Assembly (NCBI GenBank): GCA_040005235.1
Contig: JBDTZG010000002.1
Coordinates: 128,001-192,000, forward strand
Source: Acidobacteriota bacterium
GTDB taxonomy: Bacteria > Acidobacteriota > Thermoanaerobaculia > Multivoradales > UBA5704
Reading direction: 5' to 3'
Length of the DNA: 64,000 nt
The notes under the pieces are model-generated. The model did no database searches. It had not been told where the DNA came from and saw only the letters and a program-made list of their open reading frames with translations. Position numbers and translations under genes: made by a program. Shown here one piece after another: positions 56,344-64,000 of this stretch. How positions within the stretch are numbered: position 1 is the stretch's first letter; each line of letters starts with the position of its first letter.

Positions 56344-57777
56344 TCAACTTTTCAGGCGGGAACGGCCCCATGCACGAGCCGCCTCTCGGGCGAGCGCCGC
56401 GGTCGCCGATTCGTGCTCCGCCGCTTCGAGGAAAAGCCGAACCGAAGCCAGCTCTTCACCTTCGAGCCCGTGCGCTGAAAACAAGGGGACCAGGTCGGCT
56501 GCCAGCCGTTTGACCCGGCCGTGGCGGCCGGCTTCGAGATGGAGGGCGGCGGCTTCCAGTCCGGCGAGCGCCGCATCCGCGCCTTGGTCCAAGCGATCGA
56601 ATTCGCCGATCAAGCTTTCGTACGCAACGATCGCCTCCCCGCTGCGTCCGGACGCTTCGGCAATCCGGCCTTCCAACCAACGCAAGCGTAGGCGGTCGAG
56701 GGCTCCGCCGAGCTGAACCGCCAGCGTGCGGACCTGGGGAAGAAGCGCTCGGGCATCCTCCACCCGTCCGAGGCCCAGATAGCTGACCACGAGGTTGAAA
56801 CGGAGGACCAGCCGTTCCCGTTGCGTCTCGGCCCGATCGACCGATGGAAGCGCCTCGATCATGTCCGAGAGCGCGGCCTCGCCCTTCCCCATGACTTCCA
56901 ACGTGGCTGCCCGATTGAGCAGCAGCCGGCCGCGCAGCTCCTTTCGCCCCTCCGCCAGCGCCCGGTCCTGCAGCGCCAGCGCCTTCGCAAACTCCCTCTG
57001 GTCGCGCCAGAACGAGGCTTCGCGGTCCAGCAAACGCACCGGATCGAGCAGGCCGGGATCCTCCTCCGCGCCGCGGGGGAACAGGTCGTTCGACCGGGCG
57101 AGAGCCTTCCGGGAGCGCTCGAAGTCATTCGCCACCCGGCAGGCGCTGCTCAGGTAGGCCCAGGCGTACCCTTCCACCCGCGCGCGCCAACCTTCACTGC
57201 CGGGAACGCGCTCGGCCACCCAGAGCGCCAGCTCGGCAAGCAGGACCGATTCCTGGGCGGAATCGCTGGCCTTGTCTTCGCTCTCGTGGCTCAGCCGCTC
57301 CACCAGCGCCCAGCTCCAGACCTCCGGGCCGTTTTCGACCACGAAGCGGCGCTCTGCCGTGCTCTTGCCGGCGAGCCGGCGCCAGAGCGCTGCGGCTTCC
57401 GCGCGCTCCTCCTCCGCGTGCCGCAGCCGGGTTTGCCCGGTCAGATGCGCTCGCAGCTCGGCCGCCCCGGCGGCGACCGCTTCGTCGATTCTCCTTCGTT
57501 CCTCAGGAGTGGGCTCGATGGGGCCGGCTTCGGTGTCGCCCGGCGCGATCACCGCCACGAACGCCAGGGCGGCGGCGAACGCCCCGTAAGGAGCGTTCAT
57601 CAGAGCGGCAAAAAAGTCCAAACGCTCCCGGGTCAGGCGGGTGTCGCCCGACTCGATCTCCGACATCGCGCTTCGCGACAGGCCGGCCGCCCGACCGAGC
57701 TGCTCCTGGCCCCAGCCCAAGGCGATGCGCAGAAGCTTTAGCGCGAGGTGAAGCGGGAGGCCGCAATGGGTAGGCAT
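56344..57777 (-). CDS. XRE-family HTH plus TPR regulator (paralogue B)
   Basis: WGQEQLGRAAGLSRSAMSEIESG HTH; co-linear similarity to paralogue A (WALVE, VPG.EGWR.RV.GYA, DPGLL, LDREAS, VLRFNL). Confidence 0.88.
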   Translation of the reverse strand: MPTHCGLPLHLALKLLRIALGWGQEQLGRAAGLSRSAMSEIESGDTRLTRERLDFFAALMNAPYGAFAAALAFVAVIAPGDTEAGPIEPTPEERRRIDEAVAAGAAELRAHLTGQTRLRHAEEERAEAAALWRRLAGKSTAERRFVVENGPEVWSWALVERLSHESEDKASDSAQESVLLAELALWVAERVPGSEGWRARVEGYAWAYLSSACRVANDFERSRKALARSNDLFPRGAEEDPGLLDPVRLLDREASFWRDQREFAKALALQDRALAEGRKELRGRLLLNRAATLEVMGKGEAALSDMIEALPSVDRAETQRERLVLRFNLVVSYLGLGRVEDARALLPQVRTLAVQLGGALDRLRLRWLEGRIAEASGRSGEAIVAYESLIGEFDRLDQGADAALAGLEAAALHLEAGRHGRVKRLAADLVPLFSAHGLEGEELASVRLFLEAAEHESATAALAREAARAWGRSRLKS

Positions 57778-57816
57778 GGGTTCATCTCTTCACTATAGGT
57801 AGGCATGGGTTTCATC
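57769..57816. promoter_or_regulatory. Direct repeat over the start of HTH-TPR B, candidate operator
   Basis: ggtaggcatgggttcatc (57769-86) and ggtaggcatgggtttcatc (57798-816). Confidence 0.5.
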
Positions 57817-57987
57817 GGCTCCACTAAAGGAGTAAGTTGCCGCAACCCCCTATTTGGAGGACAAGAAAGATCGAATTCCGGGAATCCGATACCGGGACGC
57901 CGAACTTTGTCGCCTCTGCGCCTGTTCTGCATCAGAAGTTGAATGGATCGTAAAAAAATTGGAGCGAGGGCGGTTACCGTTCCCTGC

Positions 57988-58434
57988 ATGGACACGCCAT
58001 CACCGCTCGGGCGGCTTGTTGGGCCACTTGGGCCCGAGAGGCTCGCGGATGCGCCGAAATCGGTGCCGGTGCATTCGCCCCATTTCCGGCTGGCGTGGCG
58101 CTCGATGGAGCTTGCCGAGCGCGCGGCCCGAATGGGGGAGCTGGCCCGAGCCGAGGAAGCGTTCCTCATCGCCGCCCATGGTTTCGGCCTTTCCGGGCTG
58201 CCTTGGCTCGAAGGGTTGGCGACGCTCGCGCTCGCCGCGGTCTACCGGCTCGAAGGCTTCGAGCTGCCGGACTGGATCGTCGATCGGCCGAGGGTTCTCG
58301 GCGTCGCGCCCGATGTCGTAGAGCTGCTGCTCGACATCCTGCTCTTGATCGACATCACCCCGCCGGATTCGCAGTTTTTGTGGGAATTGCTCGCGGACGT
58401 GAGCGCCCACCGGATGGGCTTGGAGCGCTCATGA
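57988..58434 (+). CDS. Hypothetical helical/TPR-like protein
   Basis: AARMGELARAEEAF...LATLALAAVY; first of three stop/start-overlapping ORFs; start uncertain (57943 or 57988). Confidence 0.55.
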   Translation: MDTPSPLGRLVGPLGPERLADAPKSVPVHSPHFRLAWRSMELAERAARMGELARAEEAFLIAAHGFGLSGLPWLEGLATLALAAVYRLEGFELPDWIVDRPRVLGVAPDVVELLLDILLLIDITPPDSQFLWELLADVSAHRMGLERS

Positions 58435-58922
58435 CGGTCCGCAAGGACTCCGCGCATCTGACGTTTCCCCAGGATGCCCAACAGGTCTTCGCCCGTGCGG
58501 AGGCGGCGCGTGACCAAGGTCGACTGGAAGATGCCGCAAGGCTTTTTGGGCGCTCCGCGACAACCTGGGGCACTGAAGGCAGGGTGTTTCAAGCCATCGA
58601 CGCATACCTTGAGCTGGGGGCCATTCTTCTCCTCCAGGGCAGAGGAACTCTGCTTCCCGACCTCGCCGAAAGGCTGCTCGAACTGTCGAAGCAGAACCCG
58701 CTGCCGCCGGGCACTTACGCGAAGCTTCAGATCTTCGCGGTTCTGATGAGAAAGGCCGTCGAGATTGAGGGAGCGTACTTCAGCCTCGTTCACGAACAGC
58801 GCCGCCACCGGAAGGCGGTACGGGACTTTGAAGAGGCAAAGCCTGAGGCGCCCGATCACCGAGAGGCTCTTGGCGAACCCTCGTCGTCTTGGACGCCTGC
58901 CACCCGAAGGAGTTGCCCGTGA
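58431..58922 (+). CDS. Hypothetical TPR-like protein resembling the C-terminus of the HTH-TPR regulators
   Basis: ATGA overlap; QGRLEDAARLF...AIDAYLELGAILLLQGR. Confidence 0.6.
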   Translation: MTVRKDSAHLTFPQDAQQVFARAEAARDQGRLEDAARLFGRSATTWGTEGRVFQAIDAYLELGAILLLQGRGTLLPDLAERLLELSKQNPLPPGTYAKLQIFAVLMRKAVEIEGAYFSLVHEQRRHRKAVRDFEEAKPEAPDHREALGEPSSSWTPATRRSCP

Positions 58923-59389
58923 AGCTAGAAGTCACCAAATTCCACCTGGTCCTTGAACTGGACCTGGTACGAGGGAACTGCCGCTGGCGCGAGCTGGCGC
59001 CTTTTCGCGAAGCGGTGTTGTCCCACTTTGCCGATGCGGAGCTTCGCGCTCACCTTGCTCTCCTGGGCGAGGCCCTGGCCGAACACCTGCTGGAGTTCGA
59101 GCAAGAAGCGGTAAGCCCCGGGGAGCCCTGGCCGAAGGTGCAGCTCCGAGCTTTGACGGTGGATCTTCGCCACTCCTGGGAAGGGCTCCAAGAGGTCGTT
59201 TCAACCGCCGAAGGGGATGACTCCCTCGCGGATCGACAGCAGTTGATTCAGATTTCCAAGGAGTTGATCCGAGGTCTTGACCGAGATCTCTCGAAAGTGG
59301 AGAGCTTCCTCGGTTCGATTCCAAAGCCCCGACCTCCGAAGAAGGGGCGCGGAAAATCTCTTGGGAAGGAATCCAAAGGAAGGCCCTGA
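58919..59389 (+). CDS. Hypothetical helical protein with basic C-terminal tail
   Basis: GTGA overlap, GAAGGAG RBS. Confidence 0.55.
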   Translation: MKLEVTKFHLVLELDLVRGNCRWRELAPFREAVLSHFADAELRAHLALLGEALAEHLLEFEQEAVSPGEPWPKVQLRALTVDLRHSWEGLQEVVSTAEGDDSLADRQQLIQISKELIRGLDRDLSKVESFLGSIPKPRPPKKGRGKSLGKESKGRP

Positions 59390-59633
59390 AATGACGTCAG
59401 CGCCGGGAGAGTCAGTCGGTTCCCAAACAGGGACTCCTTCTTTTGGAGGTCTGTCCAAGTCCGAACGGTTGCGATTGGCTGTTCAGGAGTTTACCTGTAG
59501 AGACGGCCGAAAATCCCATCCCACCCTTTAGGCCGGGGGCTTTCCTCGCGAGACACTCGCGCGAGATCGTCCCGCCGCTGCGATAGACTCCCGCTCACAC
59601 TTCACCCTCCCCGCCGTGTCTTCGGAGGTGGCC

Positions 59634-60203
59634 ATGAGCGTCGGTTTGATCTATATCTCTCTCCTCGCGTTGGGTGTCGTCTATGCCCTGATGACCGGGG
59701 TGTTCGGTTGGCTTTCCGACATGATCGGCGGGGGCGGGGTCCACGTCGACATCGGGGGGCACGACGTGGCGGGGCACCTCGATTCGGTCGATGCGAGCCA
59801 TTCGCATCCCGTTTCGGGGACCACGGCGGCGACGTTTGTTACGGGGTTTGGCGGTGGTGGCGTCATCGCTCATTACGTTCTGGGGCTCGGGGTGATTCCG
59901 GGCCTGTTGGTGGCTTCCGGGTCGGGTTTGGTGCTCGCGTTCGCCGCCTACCTGGCACTCGATTGGTTGTTCCAGCAGACCCAGGGGGGCAGCGAGTACA
60001 ACGTCTCCGAGACCACCGGCCGCGAGGCGGAGGTGATCACGGCGATCCCCACGGGCGGCATGGGCGAGGTCGCCTATCTGGTGCGCGGCCGGCGCGAGAA
60101 CTCTCCGGCGCGCGCCGTCGACGGTGCTGAGATTCCCAAGGGCCGGCTGGTCAAAATCGAAAAAACTCTCGGTAATACGCTCTACGTCCGGCCGCAAAGC
60201 TAG
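59634..60203 (+). CDS. NfeD-like membrane protein (flotillin partner)
   Basis: TM helices, FVTGFGGGG, OB-fold GREAEVITAIP.GGMGEV, IPKG..V; GGAGG RBS. Confidence 0.85.
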   Translation: MSVGLIYISLLALGVVYALMTGVFGWLSDMIGGGGVHVDIGGHDVAGHLDSVDASHSHPVSGTTAATFVTGFGGGGVIAHYVLGLGVIPGLLVASGSGLVLAFAAYLALDWLFQQTQGGSEYNVSETTGREAEVITAIPTGGMGEVAYLVRGRRENSPARAVDGAEIPKGRLVKIEKTLGNTLYVRPQS

Positions 60204-60224
60204 CGGTTCGAGGGAGATCCGTTC

Positions 60225-61691
60225 ATGGAAAAATACGGCACCGAAGCGGCGGTCTTCGTCTTCTTCGTCGTCCCGCTCGTCTTCTTCATCCTGCTGATCG
60301 CGATCGCCAAGCGCTACAAGAAGGTCGGCCCGAACGAGGTCATGATCATCTCGGGCCGCAAGCACAAGATGCAGAATGCAGACGGCTCGTCCGAGACCAC
60401 CGGTTTCCGCATCCGGACCGGCGGCGGTGCGTTCATCTTCCCGCTGCTGGAGCGCGTCGACCTGCTCTCGCTTCAGGTGATGACGCTCGACATCACGACC
60501 CCCGAGGTCTACACCAAGCCGGGCGTGCCGGTGGTGGTCGAAGCGGTCGCTCAGGTAAAGATCAAGGGCGACGAGGCGTCGATCCGCACCGCGGCCGAAC
60601 AGTGCCTCGGCAAGTCCATCCCCGAGATCAAGGACATCGCGCGCCAGACGGTGGAAGGGCACCTGCGGGCGATCATTGGCACGTTGACGGTTGAGGAGAT
60701 CTACCGCAATCGCGACCAGTTCGCCTCCTCGGTCCAGGAGGTCGCCGTCGCCGACCTTCAGAACATGGGCCTTCAGGTCGTCTCGTTCACGCTCAAGGAC
60801 ATCCGTGACACCCACGGCTACCTGGACGCTTTGGGCAAGCCGAAGATCGCCGAGATCAAGCGCGACGCGATCATCGCCCAGGCCGAGGCCGATCGGGACG
60901 CCAACATCAAATCCTCGCAGGCGCGCCAGCTCGGCGACGTCGCGAAGTTCGCCGCCGATACCCAGATCGCCGCGGCGCAGCGCGATTTCGAGACGCAGAA
61001 GGCGCAGTACGACGGGGCGGTGAACTTGAAGCGCGCCGAGGCCGACCTTGCCTACGACATCCAGAAAGCCAAGACCTCGCAGGAGCTGAAGAAGGAAGAG
61101 ATCCAGGTCTCGATCGTCGAGAAAGAGCAGCAGATCACGGTCCAGGAGCGCGAAATCCAGCGCCGCGAAAAAGAGCTGGAAGCGACCGTCAAACGCCAGG
61201 CGGACGCCGAGCGCTACAAGGTCGAAACGGAAGCCGCCGCGTTCCGCGCTCGCGTAGAGCAGGAAGCGAAAGGCCAGGCGGAAGCCACCCGCGCGAAGGG
61301 CCAGGCGCAGGCCGAGGTGTTGCGCGTCACCGGTACCGCGGAAGCCGAGATCATCGCTTTGAAGGGAACGGCCGAAGCCGAGGCGATGAAGAAGCGCGCC
61401 GACTCCTTCAAGGAGTACAACCAGGCCGCCGTTCTGCAGCTGCTGATCGCGTCGCTGCCCGAGATCGCCCGTGCGGTCGCCGAGCCGCTCGGCAAGACCG
61501 ACCGCATCACGCTCGTTTCGACCGGCGGCGAAGGGATCGGCGCCTCGAAGATCACCGGCGACATCGCCAAGGTGATCGCCGAGCTTCCCGCGGTGATCGA
61601 AGGGCTCTCCGGAATCGACCTGAGGAAGCTGATGGCGCAAATCCCGGCGCTTAAAAACGTCACTACCCAGAAGACGGACGGGGAGAGCTGA
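60225..61691 (+). CDS. Flotillin-family SPFH protein
   Basis: PNEVMIISG, AAEQ.LGK, EGHLRAI.G.LTVEEI, GYLDALG, AEA-rich coiled coil. Confidence 0.93.
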   Translation: MEKYGTEAAVFVFFVVPLVFFILLIAIAKRYKKVGPNEVMIISGRKHKMQNADGSSETTGFRIRTGGGAFIFPLLERVDLLSLQVMTLDITTPEVYTKPGVPVVVEAVAQVKIKGDEASIRTAAEQCLGKSIPEIKDIARQTVEGHLRAIIGTLTVEEIYRNRDQFASSVQEVAVADLQNMGLQVVSFTLKDIRDTHGYLDALGKPKIAEIKRDAIIAQAEADRDANIKSSQARQLGDVAKFAADTQIAAAQRDFETQKAQYDGAVNLKRAEADLAYDIQKAKTSQELKKEEIQVSIVEKEQQITVQEREIQRREKELEATVKRQADAERYKVETEAAAFRARVEQEAKGQAEATRAKGQAQAEVLRVTGTAEAEIIALKGTAEAEAMKKRADSFKEYNQAAVLQLLIASLPEIARAVAEPLGKTDRITLVSTGGEGIGASKITGDIAKVIAELPAVIEGLSGIDLRKLMAQIPALKNVTTQKTDGES

Positions 61692-61693
61692 CG

Positions 61694-61720
61694 CCAGCCC
61701 TCCCCGGAGTGAGGGGCTGG
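61694..61720. terminator. Hairpin between convergent flotillin and recA genes
   Basis: ccagccctc...gaggggctgg stem; no clear U-tract. Confidence 0.5.
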
Positions 61721-61722
61721 AC

Positions 61723-62775
61723 CTAGGCCCCCGCCGTGCCTTCGCGCGGCGTGGGGGCGATTCCGGAGATGCCGAGCTTCTCGCGCACCTTCAGCTCCAG
61801 CTCGGCGGCCAATTCCGGGTTCTCGCGGAGGAACTGCTTCGAGTTCTCTCGCCCCTGGCCGAGGCGGACATCACCGTAGCTGAACCAGGCGCCGCTTTTG
61901 ACCACCAGTTTGTGCTCGACGCCCAGGTCGATCAGCTCGCCCGCGCGCGAGATCCCCTCGCCGTAGTCGATGTCGAACTCGGCCTGGCGGAACGGCGCCG
62001 CCGTCTTGTTTTTGACGATTTTCACCTTGACCCGCGAGCCGGTCACGGTTTCGCCGTCTTTGATCGAGGCGATGCGCCGAATGTCCACCCGCACCGACGA
62101 GTAGAACTTCAGCGCCCGGCCGCCGGTCGTGGTCTCCGGGTTGCCGAACATGACGCCGATCTTTTCCCGGATCTGGTTGATGAAGATCAGGCAGGTGTTC
62201 GACTTGGCGACGATCGCCGTCAGCTTGCGCAGCGCCTGGGACATCAGGCGCGCCTGAAGGCCGACGTGAGAATCGCCCATCTCGCCTTCGAGCTCCGCCT
62301 TCGGCACGAGCGCCGCGACCGAGTCGACGACCACCACGTCGACGCTGTTGGAGCGCACCAGCATCTCGGTGATCTCCAGGGCCTGCTCGCCGTTGTCCGG
62401 CTGGGAGACCAGAAGGTTGTCGATGTCGACGCCCAGCTTCTTGGCGTACTCCGCATCCAGGGCGTGCTCGGCGTCGATGAACGCGGCGGTGCCGCCTTTT
62501 TTCTGCGCCTGGCCGACGACCGAGAGGGCGAGCGTCGTCTTGCCCGACGATTCCGGGCCGTAGACCTCGACCACCCGGCCGCGCGGGAAGCCGCCGATGC
62601 CGATCGCCCAATCGACTGCGATCGAGCCGGTCGGGATGGAATCGATCGCGAGCCCCTCCTTCGAGCCCAGGCGCATGATCGCGCCCTTGCCGAACTGGCG
62701 CTCGATCTGGGAGAGCGCTCCTTCTATGGCTTTCAGACGCTCCGCCGCTTTGACTTCCGGTTTGGCTTCGGACAT
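61723..62775 (-). CDS. recA: Recombinase RecA
   Basis: [50 protein letters not shown]. Confidence 0.99.
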   Translation of the reverse strand: MSEAKPEVKAAERLKAIEGALSQIERQFGKGAIMRLGSKEGLAIDSIPTGSIAVDWAIGIGGFPRGRVVEVYGPESSGKTTLALSVVGQAQKKGGTAAFIDAEHALDAEYAKKLGVDIDNLLVSQPDNGEQALEITEMLVRSNSVDVVVVDSVAALVPKAELEGEMGDSHVGLQARLMSQALRKLTAIVAKSNTCLIFINQIREKIGVMFGNPETTTGGRALKFYSSVRVDIRRIASIKDGETVTGSRVKVKIVKNKTAAPFRQAEFDIDYGEGISRAGELIDLGVEHKLVVKSGAWFSYGDVRLGQGRENSKQFLRENPELAAELELKVREKLGISGIAPTPREGTAGA

Positions 62776-62793
62776 GGGGGGACCTTGCTCCTC

Positions 62794-62808
62794 GTTCTCC
62801 GTGGGTTC
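62794..62808. promoter_or_regulatory. Candidate LexA box GTTC-N7-GTTC
   Basis: GTTC-tccgtgg-GTTC, 19 nt upstream of the recA start. Confidence 0.45.
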
Positions 62809-62864
62809 GAAACCTGGGCCGACCCGGGATCGGGAGGGCGCAGGGGTGGGCCGGAGGAAACCTG

Positions 62865-62893
62865 ATCTTAAAAGACGTAAAACGAGTCGGCAA
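62865..62893 (-). promoter_or_regulatory. Sigma70-type promoter of recA
   Basis: Minus strand TTGCCG-N17-TAAGAT. Confidence 0.6.
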
Positions 62894-63004
62894 TCTTGAC
62901 AATTGAGAGAATTTCTGCTCTGTTACCGCCTGCTGCGGAAAAAACAGGCGCCGTCGGCCTTCGTTCCCGCCCCTCTCCCCGAAGACTTTCCCCGCTCGCT
63001 CTAC

Positions 63005-63033
63005 TTGACAGCCTCCGCCTCCATCCCTAATAT
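63005..63033 (+). promoter_or_regulatory. Sigma70-type promoter of rplM-rpsI
   Basis: TTGACA-N17-TAATAT. Confidence 0.75.
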
Positions 63034-63285
63034 CGGAGGTCCTTTGCCTGGCAAAGGCGGGGCTTTCGTTTGCCGAGCACCTCTCGGTGCTTGAGCCAAG
63101 CCCGCGAGCCGGGTATCCCAGAGCGCATCTTCGCTTCGTCGTTGCGGGCTGGTCTTTTGAAATAAGTGCTTTGGACATCGACCTTTGGGTATCGATACCG
63201 AATCTCGTAAGCTGAGCTCTTCGGCGGGTCGAGCATCGGGCCGTTTGAGTCGCCGTTTTGAATTCGGACCAAGCAGGGAGACGAG

Positions 63286-63729
63286 ATGAACAGGACCTAC
63301 AGCCCCAAGGCGTCCGAGATCGAACGCGGTTGGTGGGTGATCGACGCGGCCGGCGTGCCGCTCGGTCGCTTGTCGAGCGTGGTCGCCGGCCTGATCATGG
63401 GCAAGCACAAGCCGAATTTCGTTCCGCACCTCGACACCGGGGACTTTGTAGTCGTGATCAACGCCGAGAAGGCGGTGCTCACGGGGCGGAAAGAGCAGCA
63501 AAAGGTCTACTACCGGCACAGCGGATTCCCGGGCGGCATCAAGGCCGAGACCGCGGAGAAACTGCGCCAGCGCCGCCCCGAGCTGATGATCGAGCGGGCC
63601 GTCTGGGGCATGCTGCCGAAGAACAAGCTGGGCCGTCGCCTGAAGCTCAAGGTCAAGGTCTATGCAGGCGTCGATCATCCGCATCAGGCTCAGCAGCCCG
63701 CGGCTTTCGACGTGACGAAGGCCATCTAA
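63286..63729 (+). CDS. rplM: 50S ribosomal protein L13
   Basis: WWVIDA...[41 protein letters not shown]. Confidence 0.99.
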   Translation: MNRTYSPKASEIERGWWVIDAAGVPLGRLSSVVAGLIMGKHKPNFVPHLDTGDFVVVINAEKAVLTGRKEQQKVYYRHSGFPGGIKAETAEKLRQRRPELMIERAVWGMLPKNKLGRRLKLKVKVYAGVDHPHQAQQPAAFDVTKAI

Positions 63730-63766
63730 GCGACCCCTTGTCGGCGAGCCAACAGGAGACGATTAC

Positions 63767-64000
63767 GTGAACGATCTGCATTACTACGGCACCGGCCGGC
63801 GCAAGACCTCGACGGCGAGGGTTTTCCTGCGCCTGGGTAGCGGCGAGGTGAAGGTCAACGAACGCACCTTGGACGACTACTTTCCGAACGAAGTCTTGAA
63901 AATGGTCATCAAGCAGCCCCTTCTGCTCACCGAGACGGCGGAGAAGTTCGACATCGTCGTGACGGTTTTGGGAGGCGGCAGCGCGGGCCAGGCGGGTGCG
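63767..64000 (+). CDS. rpsI: 30S ribosomal protein S9 (partial, runs off window edge)
   Basis: AGGAG RBS and GTG start; manual translation [22 protein letters not shown]...[12 protein letters not shown]. Confidence 0.97.
   Translation, partial: MNDLHYYGTGRRKTSTARVFLRLGSGEVKVNERTLDDYFPNEVLKMVIKQPLLLTETAEKFDIVVTVLGGGSAGQAGA

Noticed and set aside
53700-59590. Prophage or integrative element between recX and nfeD
   Set aside because: No integrase, transposase, phage structural genes or flanking direct repeats recognised.

Overview
High-GC bacterial chromosomal window. The GWxTD+VWA protein, the kinase/TPR and HTH-TPR content, and the overall gene set suggest Acidobacteriota, probably Thermoanaerobaculia-like; this is inference. 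Housekeeping genes are def, an osmoprotectant ABC transporter, a 5'-3' exonuclease, a UbiD-family decarboxylase, patA, a malK-like ATPase, hemG, mrcB, prmA, rsmE, ilvE, a pilT-like ATPase, recX, nfeD/flotillin, recA, rplM and rpsI. Accessory modules lie between them. Three small-peptide loci stand out. (1) 39.4-45.3 kb: a ComQ-like prenyltransferase, a Trp-containing small peptide and a ComP-like PDZ/multi-TM hybrid kinase, with a REC-EAL protein upstream. This looks like a ComQXP-like prenylated-peptide signalling system with a possible c-di-GMP output. (2) 54.3-59.4 kb: two paralogous XRE-HTH+TPR regulators flank a secreted peptide carrying three IGCxxDPxGxC cores, an RRNPP-like peptide-receptor arrangement. 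(3) 27.0-27.5 kb: two tandem Cys/Ser/Thr-rich RiPP-like precursors with no modifying enzyme in the window. Also present are a sigma54 promoter facing away from its own activator gene, a cluster of chimeric or internally deleted toxin-antitoxin genes, 20-bp and 21-bp tandem repeat arrays, and REP-like palindromes. I found no rRNA, tRNA, CRISPR array or transposase. All product calls come from motif recognition by eye, with no database search.
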